From an uncultured Alphaproteobacteria bacterium (GTDB lineage Bacteria > Pseudomonadota > Alphaproteobacteria > Rs-D84): a DNA stretch of 64,000 nucleotides. Both the position numbers and the translations under genes were made by a program. This document shows, piece by piece, positions 20,206 to 34,205 of the stretch. Numbering within the stretch: position 1 is the stretch's first letter; each line of letters opens with the position of its first letter. Below the pieces are notes generated by a model. It was not told the origin of the DNA, did no database searches, and worked only from the letters and a program-made list of their open reading frames with translations. Location of the stretch: NCBI GenBank assembly GCA_905233975.1, contig CAJOGD010000005.1, positions 10,362 through 74,361 on the forward strand, read 5' to 3'.

Positions 20206-20811
20206 ATGAAAAAATATATTTGTTTATTAATCGCAACTTTTTCACTTTGCGCATGCGCGTTTTGGCGCACGACCGAACCATCGCGTTTCTATAGCCTGGG
20301 CACGCCAGAGGTTTCTCAGGTTCGTGGTCCCGCAACGCTTGTGGCGGTGGCGGTTGAAAATGTGACGGTTCCAAAATCCATAGACAAACCGCAAATGGTT
20401 ATAAAGTATAAAAATTCAAATATGATGATGGTGTCTGAATTCGACCGCTGGATTGATGTTCCAACAAATGCGTTGCCGGTTATTATATCGGAAAACATGA
20501 ATCAATACGCGAAAAACATCAGTGCAAAGCCCGCGAAAAATTCCACAGATACGCGTAATTCGAAATACATTTTGTCGGTTGATTTTGTCCGGTTTGAAAC
20601 AGAAATGGACGGCAAGATTACAATATCCGCATGGTGGACAATCACAAATAATCGTGGCGATATAATCGCAAGGAAGAAATTAACCCAAACCGCGGACACA
20701 CCGGCATTGCGGGCAACGTATCCGGACTATGACGCAATAGTTGCGGCACAGAGCAAATTGATTGCAAAAATGTCCTATATCATCGCCGACGTAATAAGTG
20801 ATTTAAAGTGA
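20206..20811 (+). CDS. ABC-transport auxiliary lipoprotein (DUF330/YmbA-like)
   Basis: Lipobox LCAC at the N-terminus. Size and position after mlaD match the auxiliary component of the PqiC/YmbA family. Confidence 0.55.
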   Translation: MKKYICLLIATFSLCACAFWRTTEPSRFYSLGTPEVSQVRGPATLVAVAVENVTVPKSIDKPQMVIKYKNSNMMMVSEFDRWIDVPTNALPVIISENMNQYAKNISAKPAKNSTDTRNSKYILSVDFVRFETEMDGKITISAWWTITNNRGDIIARKKLTQTADTPALRATYPDYDAIVAAQSKLIAKMSYIIADVISDLK

Positions 20812-20879
20812 AAGTTTAATTAAAAGAGGCTTTAGTTTTTTATATTAATATGATATAATTTGCAAAGGAAGGAAATAGA

Positions 20880-22874
20880 ATGAAAATCACGCGATGTTTA
20901 GTATTTGTCTTGATATATGGCTATGTTACGCAAGCCATGGGTGCAAGGGAATTTAAGTGCGAACCTGTTTCAAAGCCCAGAATTATGCTTAATAACAATT
21001 ATTGGTTTGAAACATCTAGTGGTCAAGGTATGTTATGCGGTGAAGATAGGGTTGCCGGCGCATGTGCAAATGGTACTATCGTTTGGCGAAATGAAGAAAA
21101 TAGCCCTTTTGTAAAATGTAATGCACAAGGAAAAGCAACATGGGCAGCAATTATGGCTAATAACGTTCCGAAATGTTCGATAATGAATAAGTCGCAATAC
21201 GATGAATTTATTAAATTAGGCAACAATGTATTTTTTTATAAATATGCAGATAAGCCAAATCGTTATAAAATAGCAGAAGGGGGTTATTGCCAAATCCCGG
21301 CAAAAAATTGGTGTATGGGTGGCAAATGGAATCCCAACGGCCAATGTCATTGTGAAAAAGGTTTTGATTTAAATAAAACTACAGGTAAGTGTATGCCAAC
21401 AATTAGCCAAGAGGACACACCGCAAGAAAGCACCCAACCTGCGACAGACCAACTGCCATCTTATGATGTCCAGATTCCTGCGCCACAACAGACCGTTGAA
21501 GAGGTGGCAGTAGATGATACAACGGCGGACAAGAAATGCAATATAGGCAACCAAAGTTATTTAGTTGGTACGGCAAAAAAATTAAATACTAGGTTTTATG
21601 TCTGTAAGGAAACTGCAGATTGTGATAATATACCCGCTTCAGAAAGACTCCCCAATGCAACGAAACTTCGTTGTTCTGGTGCAAAAGGTACCACATGCGG
21701 CTTGTGCATTGCAGAGACGTGTAATGATAACTTTACGGTAAAACATGTTAATGGGCAAAATTACGGCTTTTGTATTTCCAAGGCGGAACAGGGTTGCATT
21801 GACGCAGTTGGTGATAAGAAATGGAATAATAACACAAAAAAATGTGATTGTGGCGAAAAAGTTTGGAACGCCGCAACCAATACATGCGATGATACCACAA
21901 ATGCAGAGGTTGAACCAGACCCCATAGTCGAAACACCGGTGGCCCGCGTCACATGCGAAGAATCCAAAGGATTAAAACCTTCCGACACCGAACCAAGGAA
22001 ATGTGTATGTATTAACGCCGGGTGGCAAATTGACGACGCCACAGGGACATGTGTAGAGCCAGTGGCGGAATTGACCGAGGTTACACCAGAGGCCGAAATT
22101 GTCACACCTGGTGAACCGGAAGTGGTATCCGCCGATGATGAACTGGCCGCGGCGCAACGGCGAGAGGAAGAAGAACGCCAAAGGGCCGAGGAAGAACGTA
22201 AACGCGCAGAGCAAGAACGTAAAAATGCGGAACAGCAACGCAAAGACACCGAGCAAACATATAAATCCGCCCGCGAAAAAGAACAATCTTGGGCCAATAA
22301 AGCGGTGACCGCGGCGTCCACCGGCGCAACCGGATTGGGGTTGATGCAATTGGCGTCTGGGTATGCGGAACAAAAGGCCGATAAAGAGGCCGAAGAAGAT
22401 ATGGCCGAATATATCACAACCATGAAATGCGAATATGGTGGCGGACACCAGGTAGATCTTGGCAATGCAGAAATAACCCTGCCGGGGTGGGAAGTGTTGT
22501 CCGAAAATCGCGAAAAGTTTAAAACCTTGGCGGATCAGGTCAAGGCGACCAAAACGGCGTTGAACCTGCGCCCCGGAATCGAAAGCGAGGTTTTATATGA
22601 ACGCGCCGATACCGGTCTGTATGAATATGAAAACGTCGGCAAAACGGGCGGTTCAAATGTTTCGGTTGCGCGCGCACTGCGGGACAGCCACAGCGAAGAC
22701 GCGGCCGCTTGGGCCGAACAAAAGCAGGAAGCCAAAGACCAAATGAAAAAAGGTGGAATAACCGCCGCCGTCGGGGTTGGTGTTGGCGCACTGGGGAATG
22801 TGGCGATTAATACAGAAGCGGGCCAGAAAGCCATGCAAAAAATAGGTGAAATTTTCACAAAAGATTCAGAATAA
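20880..22874 (+). CDS. secreted Cys-rich protein with charged coiled-coil segment (hypothetical)
   Basis: Signal peptide, CxC-rich N-terminal 400 aa, then RREEEERQRAEEERKRAEQERKNAEQQRKDTEQ, then a Gly/Ala-rich hydrophobic C-terminal tail. Confidence 0.6.
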   Translation: MKITRCLVFVLIYGYVTQAMGAREFKCEPVSKPRIMLNNNYWFETSSGQGMLCGEDRVAGACANGTIVWRNEENSPFVKCNAQGKATWAAIMANNVPKCSIMNKSQYDEFIKLGNNVFFYKYADKPNRYKIAEGGYCQIPAKNWCMGGKWNPNGQCHCEKGFDLNKTTGKCMPTISQEDTPQESTQPATDQLPSYDVQIPAPQQTVEEVAVDDTTADKKCNIGNQSYLVGTAKKLNTRFYVCKETADCDNIPASERLPNATKLRCSGAKGTTCGLCIAETCNDNFTVKHVNGQNYGFCISKAEQGCIDAVGDKKWNNNTKKCDCGEKVWNAATNTCDDTTNAEVEPDPIVETPVARVTCEESKGLKPSDTEPRKCVCINAGWQIDDATGTCVEPVAELTEVTPEAEIVTPGEPEVVSADDELAAAQRREEEERQRAEEERKRAEQERKNAEQQRKDTEQTYKSAREKEQSWANKAVTAASTGATGLGLMQLASGYAEQKADKEAEEDMAEYITTMKCEYGGGHQVDLGNAEITLPGWEVLSENREKFKTLADQVKATKTALNLRPGIESEVLYERADTGLYEYENVGKTGGSNVSVARALRDSHSEDAAAWAEQKQEAKDQMKKGGITAAVGVGVGALGNVAINTEAGQKAMQKIGEIFTKDSE

Positions 22875-22950
22875 TCCAACATACGGCGGTGTAGATGTCA
22901 CCGAATTCGACGACAAGATTTCCGTAATAATGAGACCATTCTCAAAACCG

Positions 22951-22977
22951 CGTCATCCCGCGTCAAGCGCGGGATGA
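22951..22977. repeat. REP-like hairpin gtcatcccgcg-tcaa-gcgcgggatgac
   Basis: Perfect 11-bp inverted repeat between convergent genes. May also act as a bidirectional terminator. Confidence 0.6.
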
Positions 22978-22998
22978 CATAGCAAAAAGCGAAGGTGA

Positions 22999-24804
22999 TT
23001 AGCCGACCAATTTGCGCCAAAGGCTTGTTTTCTTTTTGGCCTTTTGGTTTTGGCGTTTGCGCGTCCGATGTGGCGCGGTCATTGTTGTCCGCTTTGCCTC
23101 CGCGTGTTGCGCATTTTTCTTTTTTGCGTCCGTTGACGGCGCGTTGGCCATTAACACTTCGTCGGTCTTTACCTGCTCTGGCGCAACGCGTTGAATCGAA
23201 TATTGGTCGATGTTCATCAAACTGTCGTCGCCGACAATCACGATTTCCGTTCCAAATTCGTTTTCCATCGCGTTCAGTTCCGCGCGCTTGTGATTCAGAA
23301 TATAAATCGCAACGTCCGTCGGCACAGTCATAATGATTTTCTGCGCCGCCTTGGCCAGCAATTTTTCCTGTAAATGACGGAACAAGATAATTGACGCCGT
23401 TTGAATACTTGGCACCACGCCGGCCCCCATACAATGCGGGCACGCGACGTACGAAGATTCAATAAAACTGCTGCGCAATCTTTGGCGCGAAAGCATCAAA
23501 ACGCCGAACGCATTTATCTTTGCCACCTGGGTCCGGGCGCGGTCATGCTTCATAATTTCGCGCATTTTTATTTCAAGTTTGCGGTTATTGCGTTCTTCTT
23601 CCATATCGATAAAGTCAATCGCAACAATCCCCGCCAAATCACGCAGGCGCAATTGCAGGGCGATTTCCTCCGCCGCCTCTAAATTAGTATTCAACGCGGT
23701 TTGTTCAATGTCTTTTTCCTTGATCGCGCGCGAAGAATTAACGTCAATCGTCACCATTGCCTCGGTTTGGTTTATAACAATCGAACCACCGGACGGCAAT
23801 TGGACATACGGGCCATGCAGGCCTTCTAGTTGTTTTTCAACACCGGCCTTGACCATCAATGGAACAGCGTCATCTTTGTAAAGAACCAACTGTTTCCGCG
23901 GCGGGTGCCCGTACATTTGTTGAAAATAATTCTTGGCGGCTTCGAATGCCTCTTCGCCCTGGATAGTCAAAACATCGTCTTTGGACGAAAGGAAATCGCG
24001 AACAACACGACGCAACAAAGAATCTTCGGTATGAATCACCACCGGCGCAACCGATTCCAACGTCGTCTTGCGAATTTCGTTCCAAAGGTTCACCAGGTAA
24101 TCATAGTCCGCCGCAATTTCCGCCGGCGTCGCACCCATGGCCGCGGTGCGCAAAACAACCGTCATGCCCTTTGGAATTTTAAGCGTGTGCAAAATTTCAC
24201 GCAGACGCGCCCGTTCCGATTTATCGGAAATTTTCTTGGAAATACCATAACTGTTGCGTTTACGCGAATTCGGCATTAATACGGCAAAACGCCCCGCCAA
24301 CGACAAATATGTCGTCATGGACGCGCCTTTTTGCCCGCGTTCTTCCTTGACCCCTTGGACCAGCAAGATTTGCTTTGGTTTAATTACGTCTTGGATTTTG
24401 AATTCACGCGCGCGTTTGGCGAATTCCTTGTTATCTTCGCCCGCGCTGTGATCGTCATAGTCCACGACATCGTCCCCTTCGTCATCGGGGTCTTCGTCAT
24501 CATCGACGATATTCGCATGCGCAAGTTCGATAAGTTTCTTTTTCTGTTCCGGCGTTATTTGATAATAGTCCGGGTGAATTTCCGAAAACGGCAAAAAACC
24601 ATTTTTCCCCGTTCCGTAATCAACAAATGCGGCCTGAAGCGACGGTTCAACCCGAATAACCTTGGCCAGATAAATGTTCCCTTTTATCTGAGGCTTAGTC
24701 GTGGTTTCAACGTCAAAATCAGAAACGCGATTATTGGTGGAATCAACAACGACAACGCGTGTTTCCTCCGGGTGGACCGCGTCCACATATATCCTTTTTG
24801 ACAT
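22999..24804 (-). CDS. rne: ribonuclease E/G family endoribonuclease
   Basis: N-terminal S1 domain (GNIYLAKVIRVEPSLQAAFVDYG) and RNase E/G catalytic core. The 601-aa length fits the catalytic half plus a basic C-terminal tail. Confidence 0.8.
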   Translation of the reverse strand: MSKRIYVDAVHPEETRVVVVDSTNNRVSDFDVETTTKPQIKGNIYLAKVIRVEPSLQAAFVDYGTGKNGFLPFSEIHPDYYQITPEQKKKLIELAHANIVDDDEDPDDEGDDVVDYDDHSAGEDNKEFAKRAREFKIQDVIKPKQILLVQGVKEERGQKGASMTTYLSLAGRFAVLMPNSRKRNSYGISKKISDKSERARLREILHTLKIPKGMTVVLRTAAMGATPAEIAADYDYLVNLWNEIRKTTLESVAPVVIHTEDSLLRRVVRDFLSSKDDVLTIQGEEAFEAAKNYFQQMYGHPPRKQLVLYKDDAVPLMVKAGVEKQLEGLHGPYVQLPSGGSIVINQTEAMVTIDVNSSRAIKEKDIEQTALNTNLEAAEEIALQLRLRDLAGIVAIDFIDMEEERNNRKLEIKMREIMKHDRARTQVAKINAFGVLMLSRQRLRSSFIESSYVACPHCMGAGVVPSIQTASIILFRHLQEKLLAKAAQKIIMTVPTDVAIYILNHKRAELNAMENEFGTEIVIVGDDSLMNIDQYSIQRVAPEQVKTDEVLMANAPSTDAKKKNAQHAEAKRTTMTAPHRTRKRQNQKAKKKTSLWRKLVG

Positions 24805-25005
24805 TCGATAATCCTTTTATGTTTATTGCGTATAAATGGCCATTAATCCGTCCCCATGGGGCGTCCAAGCCCATGCCAAGGGAATACGCCACGATAAGAC
24901 ACAGCGCCATTCGAATTAAAGGAAATAAAAACAACACTTTTTATAACCCCATATTATACGTTGGATAAAAGTTTATCATGCCACCAATCATTTGGCAAGG
25001 ATATT

Positions 25006-26031
25006 TTATTCGTTTGTATTTTTATTCTTTGAAAAACCGGTAAAATGCGGGATTCGTTGCTTTGCTTCGGCGATCCAGCGTTTCATGCGGGCGCGCAACC
25101 AACGTTCATAGATAAAGAACAACCCGCCAACGCCAATCAATGGCAAAACATAGTAAATTATACGATACGCCAGCAACGCGCCGAAAATATTCGCCTTGTC
25201 AATATCATTCGGCAACGCAATAAGAAAAACACTTTCGAAAACGCCGATACCGCCGGGAACCTGGCTGAATACGCCGGTCGTTTGCGCGACAACGAACAGA
25301 CCGATAAACGTCCCGAACGGAATTTGCACAAACGGCGTCATACAGAAATAAAGCACCAATCCCGCCAGGACACTATCGGTCATACCCAGCAGAGTTTGCA
25401 AAAACGCCATCTTGGTTGACGGGACATCGAACTTCAGTTGCCCGATTTTAACACTTTTGTTGCGGAAAATTATCGTCACAGCAAAATACGCCATCAACGC
25501 CGCCAAGCAGAATATAAACAGTGTATTGAGCCCCACCGACGCGCCGACCGATTCGGCAAAAACGTCCCGCGGAATAAGGAAATAGCCCACAACCGCAATT
25601 GCAGTCGCGCCCAAAAAATACGTAAAGCCGTTTATTGTCACAATCTTTACAATGTCGCCACCACGAATGCGCCACCGCGTATAAAGACGATAGCGGATCG
25701 CACCACCGGATACCACCGCGTGACCGGCATTATTACTTATTGCGAACCCAAGCATTCCGGCAAGCATCCATTTCCACCAAGATACTTTGCCGCCTGCGCC
25801 GACATAATTCAGCGCAAGATAATCATAAAGCGCCAATGCGATATAGCCAGCAAAGCACGCAACCGACGCCGCGACCAAGTTCACGAACGGAATATTCACC
25901 AATGCGCGCATAATGTCGCCAAACGAATAATTCCGTAATTGCCACCAGAGCATTCCCGCGGCCAACAAGAAAAAGACTATGCCGGAATAACCCAATAATT
26001 TTTTAAACAGCTTTTTTGCTTTCAATGACAT
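25006..26031 (-). CDS. polytopic membrane protein (LPG-synthase-TM / UPF0104 flippase-like family)
   Basis: Eight predicted TM helices. Resembles the TM domain of lysylphosphatidylglycerol synthase family proteins. Confidence 0.4.
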   Translation of the reverse strand: MSLKAKKLFKKLLGYSGIVFFLLAAGMLWWQLRNYSFGDIMRALVNIPFVNLVAASVACFAGYIALALYDYLALNYVGAGGKVSWWKWMLAGMLGFAISNNAGHAVVSGGAIRYRLYTRWRIRGGDIVKIVTINGFTYFLGATAIAVVGYFLIPRDVFAESVGASVGLNTLFIFCLAALMAYFAVTIIFRNKSVKIGQLKFDVPSTKMAFLQTLLGMTDSVLAGLVLYFCMTPFVQIPFGTFIGLFVVAQTTGVFSQVPGGIGVFESVFLIALPNDIDKANIFGALLAYRIIYYVLPLIGVGGLFFIYERWLRARMKRWIAEAKQRIPHFTGFSKNKNTNE

Positions 26032-26139
26032 AATTTAACCTTTCCATGGAACAACAGAATAACACCGGCCGATGTAAAAAGCAAATAGTTATTACAACAT
26101 TAACGGGCGCGTAAAAAAGTGCTTGCGTTATAAAAGCAC

Positions 26140-26378
26140 ATTCTGTTAGAATAATGATTGAGCCAAGTGGGAACTTGGTTCGGGGCTGTGAGAAGCCCGT
26201 CGTATCCGGTGCAAAGCATCGCAATCCATTGTGATTTCCCAAGTGTTTTGCACCGTTATAGGTTTGACCCCGATGTTGGGGTGCCGTCGGTTATAATGCC
26301 CCTGGCAAAAGGCCGCGGAATCAACGATACGATGATTTCTCAACACCCCGACCGCGTGGTTTCCATTGCGGCACTTAT
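26140..26378 (+). promoter_or_regulatory. conserved structured 5' leader of paralogue 2
   Basis: About 85% identical to the reverse complement of 44995-45235. Stems covary (GGGCT-gtgaga-AGCCC vs GGGC-tatagcag-GCCC; CCCC-gatgtt-GGGG vs CCCC-aatgtt-GGGG). Contains TATAAT. Confidence 0.6.
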
Positions 26379-26410
26379 TTTAGTGTAAGTGTTAGTGGGT
26401 AGTGTAAGTG
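26379..26410. repeat. TTAGTG heptamer array
   Basis: ttttagtgtaagtgttagtgggtagtgtaagtg directly 5' of the RBS of paralogue 2. Confidence 0.8.
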
Positions 26411-26430
26411 AGAAAAAAAAGGGGAGAAAC

Positions 26431-27597
26431 ATGTTTTTAAAAAAGTTTTTGTTGTTCGGGTTGATGGCGGCGGTATTGCCGGCGTTGGCGGAGGAAGCCG
26501 CGGACCGGAAAACCGCAACGTCGCTTAAATACGTCACACACGAATTGGATACGCGTCAGGATAAATTTAGTGCGGAAGCGAACAAGGCCATGGAATATAC
26601 AAATTCGGCCGGGGACGTGCAAAAACGTGCGGTCACATCGGAGCTGGGGACCAGCACGTCCGACACATCACTGCCCATGGTTGGTGGTGTGAATACTAAA
26701 CTGGCCACAAAACAAGACGACATCGCCCCCGTCAACGATCACACTGCGGTCACATATACTGGGCAAAGCGGCAGTATCGGACAAAAGGGTATTTACCAAA
26801 CAACCGAATCGTATGTTGAACAAAGCGATAATTTAATCGACGCAAAAACATTCAACGCGGCATTAAAGACGGGACTTGATAACGAATTCAAATGTAGGGA
26901 TTATAAACCGGATACAAATCTTTGTTGGGTTTATTCTATACATAATGAAACCGAAGATAATACGCTTGTCCCAGAGGGATACACGCCACTTGAATATATC
27001 CAATCCGACGGATCGCAAATGATTGATACCGGTATCGATGGCTTTGATCCCGGTGATTGGGAAATTTATGTAAAATGGATGATAACCGGCGAACCAACCG
27101 GTGATTATCCATATATATGCGGTATATATGATGGTGAATCATACAATACATATAGAATTATATTAGACCATACCAGCACTGCCCAATATCTTGTTAATGG
27201 GAACAGTAGAGCTGGTGGTGGCAGCGCACGCGTTTCTGCACCGGCAAATGTGATTCATGAAGGAACAATCCATAATGGTTATGTCCTGTTTGATGGTGTG
27301 CGATATAATACGCCGACACAGGGGATGCAGGGTGGCACAACCAGCGTTAATAGAACTATTGGTCTATTTGGTTTTGTAGCTAGTACACCAAAAATTGTTG
27401 GTCGCATGTATGCCGCGTATGCAAAACAAGATGGTGTAATGAAGTATAACTATATACCCGCGCGCCGCGATAGTGATAACAAGGTTGGCATGTGGGATAC
27501 GGTTAGCCGAACATTTAAAACAAATTCCGCCAACGGTAATGACTTTGCCCCGGGGCCGGTTGTGCAGAACAATGTCTATATTCCGCAAAATCAATAG
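26431..27597 (+). CDS. secreted variable-C-terminus protein, paralogue 2
   Basis: Starts at MFLKKFLLFGLMAAVLPALA with RBS aaggggag. Conserved N-terminal half, divergent C-terminal half, ends VYIPQNQ. Confidence 0.85.
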   Translation: MFLKKFLLFGLMAAVLPALAEEAADRKTATSLKYVTHELDTRQDKFSAEANKAMEYTNSAGDVQKRAVTSELGTSTSDTSLPMVGGVNTKLATKQDDIAPVNDHTAVTYTGQSGSIGQKGIYQTTESYVEQSDNLIDAKTFNAALKTGLDNEFKCRDYKPDTNLCWVYSIHNETEDNTLVPEGYTPLEYIQSDGSQMIDTGIDGFDPGDWEIYVKWMITGEPTGDYPYICGIYDGESYNTYRIILDHTSTAQYLVNGNSRAGGGSARVSAPANVIHEGTIHNGYVLFDGVRYNTPTQGMQGGTTSVNRTIGLFGFVASTPKIVGRMYAAYAKQDGVMKYNYIPARRDSDNKVGMWDTVSRTFKTNSANGNDFAPGPVVQNNVYIPQNQ

Positions 27598-27661
27598 GTA
27601 AAAACGTCCGGCCACATGGGTCGGACGCATACAACATAACAAACAAGGAAGGAATTTTTTA

Positions 27662-27985
27662 TTATCCGTTGCAACGACCGCAAGTGTTATTGCGGATAAC
27701 GCGGCGTTCGGAATAAACACCCGCCGGTTCATAGACCGTCACAGGACGATAAACCTGGTAATGGTCAACGACTTCGGTGTGTGTTTTTACGCGGACCGGT
27801 TGTGCGCATGAATTGCAAGTATATGCAACCGCAGCCCTTGCCGGTTCGGCATACGTGACCGTATTCGTGTTATAACGAACACTGTTCGTATATGTTTCGG
27901 TTTCGCTATAGACGCCGCCATCAGACGCGCATGCGCACGTGGCAACCAAGGCACCGAATAAACCACTTAAAATTGTTTTTTTCAT
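27662..27985 (-). CDS. small secreted/lipoprotein (hypothetical)
   Basis: Signal peptide with lipobox-like ATCAC, 107 aa. Confidence 0.45.
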   Translation of the reverse strand: MKKTILSGLFGALVATCACASDGGVYSETETYTNSVRYNTNTVTYAEPARAAVAYTCNSCAQPVRVKTHTEVVDHYQVYRPVTVYEPAGVYSERRVIRNNTCGRCNG

Positions 27986-28336
27986 TTGTGTCCCTTTTGG
28001 TTATACAACGGGATTATAGGACACAATTTTTCATTGTCAAGTATTTTAGTGCTATTAATTTCGATGATGGAAACTGCTCGTTATTTGTGTAAAAACACTT
28101 AAAAAAAGAATTGTCATTGCTGCGTAGGCCCCAATAGGGCTAGGCAGTTGTGACGAAATAGCCCCGCCGCCTCCCCCCCTTCGCACAATCGGCCCCCGCA
28201 AAATTCGAAAAATTTTGTGGGTGATAGCCGAAGGGGAATAGGTTTTTGTTCGTATTGTGTATGGGGTGCGGACGGCGTATAATAAAACCGTCTTGGAACA
28301 AGACATGAAATCAACAACATCTATGGGAGAAAAACT

Positions 28337-28540
28337 ATGAAAGGATTGACTGATTACGTGCTTGCACCGTTAACTTTTATCGGCGCACTCAACTGGGGCT
28401 TGGTCGGCATATTCGGCTTTGATTTGGTCGCATGGCTGTTCGGCCCCGCCACGATGGTAAGCAATATTGTCTATGCCATCATCGGCGTTGCTGCGGTGAT
28501 TTGGCTGATATTGATGTTCGTAGAAAAGCCGATGAAATAA
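28337..28540 (+). CDS. DUF378-family small membrane protein
   Basis: GALNWGLVGIFGFDLVAWLFG motif typical of DUF378. Two TM helices. Confidence 0.6.
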   Translation: MKGLTDYVLAPLTFIGALNWGLVGIFGFDLVAWLFGPATMVSNIVYAIIGVAAVIWLILMFVEKPMK

Positions 28541-28590
28541 AACCTTGTTGCACCGAACCTTTTCCCCGTCGGCACGCCGGCGGGGATTTT

Positions 28591-32380
<3,790 letters not shown>

Positions 32381-32454
32381 TCACAAAAATAACACAATTG
32401 AAAAAGTAAATTATAAACCCCGCGGGTGCGGGGCGTAATTGGTTGTTCATTTTT

Positions 32455-33267
32455 TTACTGATTATCCAGTGCCTTTAACAGCAAATCTTTCAGTTCGTTT
32501 GGCATCATGCCGGTGGTGGAATAACCACAATCAACATGATGCACTTCGCCGGTGACCGCGGATGACAGGTCACTTAATAAATACAACGCGGCGCCCGACA
32601 CATCGTCCAGCGTCATATTCCGGCGCAACGGCGTTTGTTCCGAATTCAGGCGCAACAATGTCTTCATTCCGCCAACCCCACTGGACGCCAGGGTCAAAAT
32701 TGGGCCGGCACTGATTGCATTGATACGAATTTTATCACGCCCCAGGTCCGACGCCAAATAACGCACCGACGAATCCAGTGCAGACTTTGCAACGCCCATC
32801 ACATTGTAATTCGGCACAGACTTTTCACCACCGTAATACGTCAGCGTCACAATAGAACCGCCGTCCGTCATAAGTTTCGATGCGCGCCGCGTCAGATCCA
32901 CCAACGAATACACCGAAATATCCATCGTGTTCTTGAAATTTTCGCGCGTCGTGTCGGCATAGCGCCCCATCAATTCGTTTTTATCCGAAAACGCAATCGC
33001 GTGCAGCATTCCGTCCAAATGCCCCCATTCGCGTTCGATATTCGCGAACAAAGAATCCATTTGTTCATCGTTCTGCACATTGCATTCCTGAACAAATTTT
33101 GCACCGATTGATTCGGCCAATGGCCGCACACGCTTTTCCAACGCCGGCATAGCATACGGCATGGCGATTTCCGCACCATTTTCATGTGCGCGCCGCGCAA
33201 TAGCCCACGCCATAGACCAATCGTTCGCGACACCAGTAATAAGAATTTTTTTACCTTTTAATAACAT
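32455..33267 (-). CDS. fabI: enoyl-[acyl-carrier-protein] reductase (NADH) FabI
   Basis: SDR fold with GVANDWSMAWAI and the catalytic Y-x6-K region. Start placed at MLLKGKKILITG; the ORF extends to 33318. Confidence 0.85.
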   Translation of the reverse strand: MLLKGKKILITGVANDWSMAWAIARRAHENGAEIAMPYAMPALEKRVRPLAESIGAKFVQECNVQNDEQMDSLFANIEREWGHLDGMLHAIAFSDKNELMGRYADTTRENFKNTMDISVYSLVDLTRRASKLMTDGGSIVTLTYYGGEKSVPNYNVMGVAKSALDSSVRYLASDLGRDKIRINAISAGPILTLASSGVGGMKTLLRLNSEQTPLRRNMTLDDVSGAALYLLSDLSSAVTGEVHHVDCGYSTTGMMPNELKDLLLKALDNQ

Positions 33268-33416
33268 ATCTTTTTCCTTTTGTTGTTTGCACGCGGATTG
33301 TAGCACCAAGTCGCACAATTGGCAATAGTTTTTTGTCCGTCATCGCAAATCGGTGACGCGACGCGGACAAAAAGAAAAACCGCCGAGGAGTCGGCGGTTT
33401 TAAATTCAAAACAACA

Positions 33417-33623
33417 TTAGAATCCAAAAACCATGCGTTGTTTTGATTGACGTTTCTTTTCGTTACGAACGGCCTCTTCTTTCAGGCGTTTGCGCTTTGT
33501 CGTCGGCTTTTCATAACGTTGACGTTCTTTCATTTCGCGATACAGTCCTTCTTTTTGCGACTTGCGTTTTGCGACGCGCAGAGCCTGTTCGACGTTGTTA
33601 TCACGAACCAAAACTTTTACCAT
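33417..33623 (-). CDS. rpsU: 30S ribosomal protein S21
   Basis: 68-aa basic protein [21 protein letters not shown]... Confidence 0.85.
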   Translation of the reverse strand: MVKVLVRDNNVEQALRVAKRKSQKEGLYREMKERQRYEKPTTKRKRLKEEAVRNEKKRQSKQRMVFGF

Positions 33624-33667
33624 AAACTATTCACCCCCTTTGGCGATGTTTGATGTTTGTCCCCGGC

Positions 33668-33742
33668 GTCATACCGCCGAAAGGCGGTATCTCGTCGTCA
33701 CAGCTGAATCCACGAGATCCCGGCCTGCGCCGGGATGACGAC
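33668..33742. repeat. REP-like palindromic elements (gtcataccgccgaaaggcggtatc + cccggcctgcgccgggatgac)
   Basis: Same hairpin families as at 8644 and 44834. Confidence 0.75.
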
Positions 33743-33861
33743 ATTCTGGAATTCCGTCCGCCTTTGCCACTTCGCTAAAGCTTCGTGGCGCAAGCGCTTG
33801 CGCTGCGGCGAGACACTCGATTTTTTTAATCGTGCGCAAAGCGCGCGATAACAAAAATCAG

Positions 33862-33938
33862 TGGTGGAGCTGATGGGACTCAAACCCACGACCTCCTGAA
33901 TGCAAATCAGGCGCTCTAATCAACTGAGCTACAACCCC
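33862..33938 (-). tRNA. tRNA-Ala (TGC)
   Basis: Reverse complement GGGGTTGTAGCTCAGTTGATTAGAGCGCCTGATT-TGC-ATTCAGGAGGTCGTGGGTTTGAGTCCCATCAGCTCCACCA. G3:U70 present. Confidence 0.9.
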
Positions 33939-34070
33939 AGAACTGTGCCCGCACATTCTATGTATATTTCTATCAAATGTCAACAAAAAAATGGGGGAGA
34001 ATAGTGTTAGTGGTGCGTCGGCGCAAAGCACCGTCGCGATGGAATCGCGCCCTGTCGCGCCATAACCTTG

Positions 34071-34110
34071 GCGAAGGCGGATTCCGCGGTATGACGGCTC
34101 TCTACAGCGC
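34071..34110. repeat. REP-like element
   Basis: ggattccgcggtatgacggctctctacagcgc is the reverse complement of the 8719/9004 family. Confidence 0.7.
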
Positions 34111-34136
34111 TAAAGAGACCCCGCGTGAAACCACCC

Positions 34137-34163
34137 ATAAAAAACGCTATGCGTTTTTTATGG
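34137..34163. terminator. bidirectional intrinsic terminator
   Basis: cataaaaaacgc-tat-gcgttttttatg, downstream of the minus-strand gene at 34206-35381. Confidence 0.6.
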
Positions 34164-34205
34164 GGTCCGATATCGCGGGGTAATGAGACCAAAAGGAAAC
34201 TTTGT

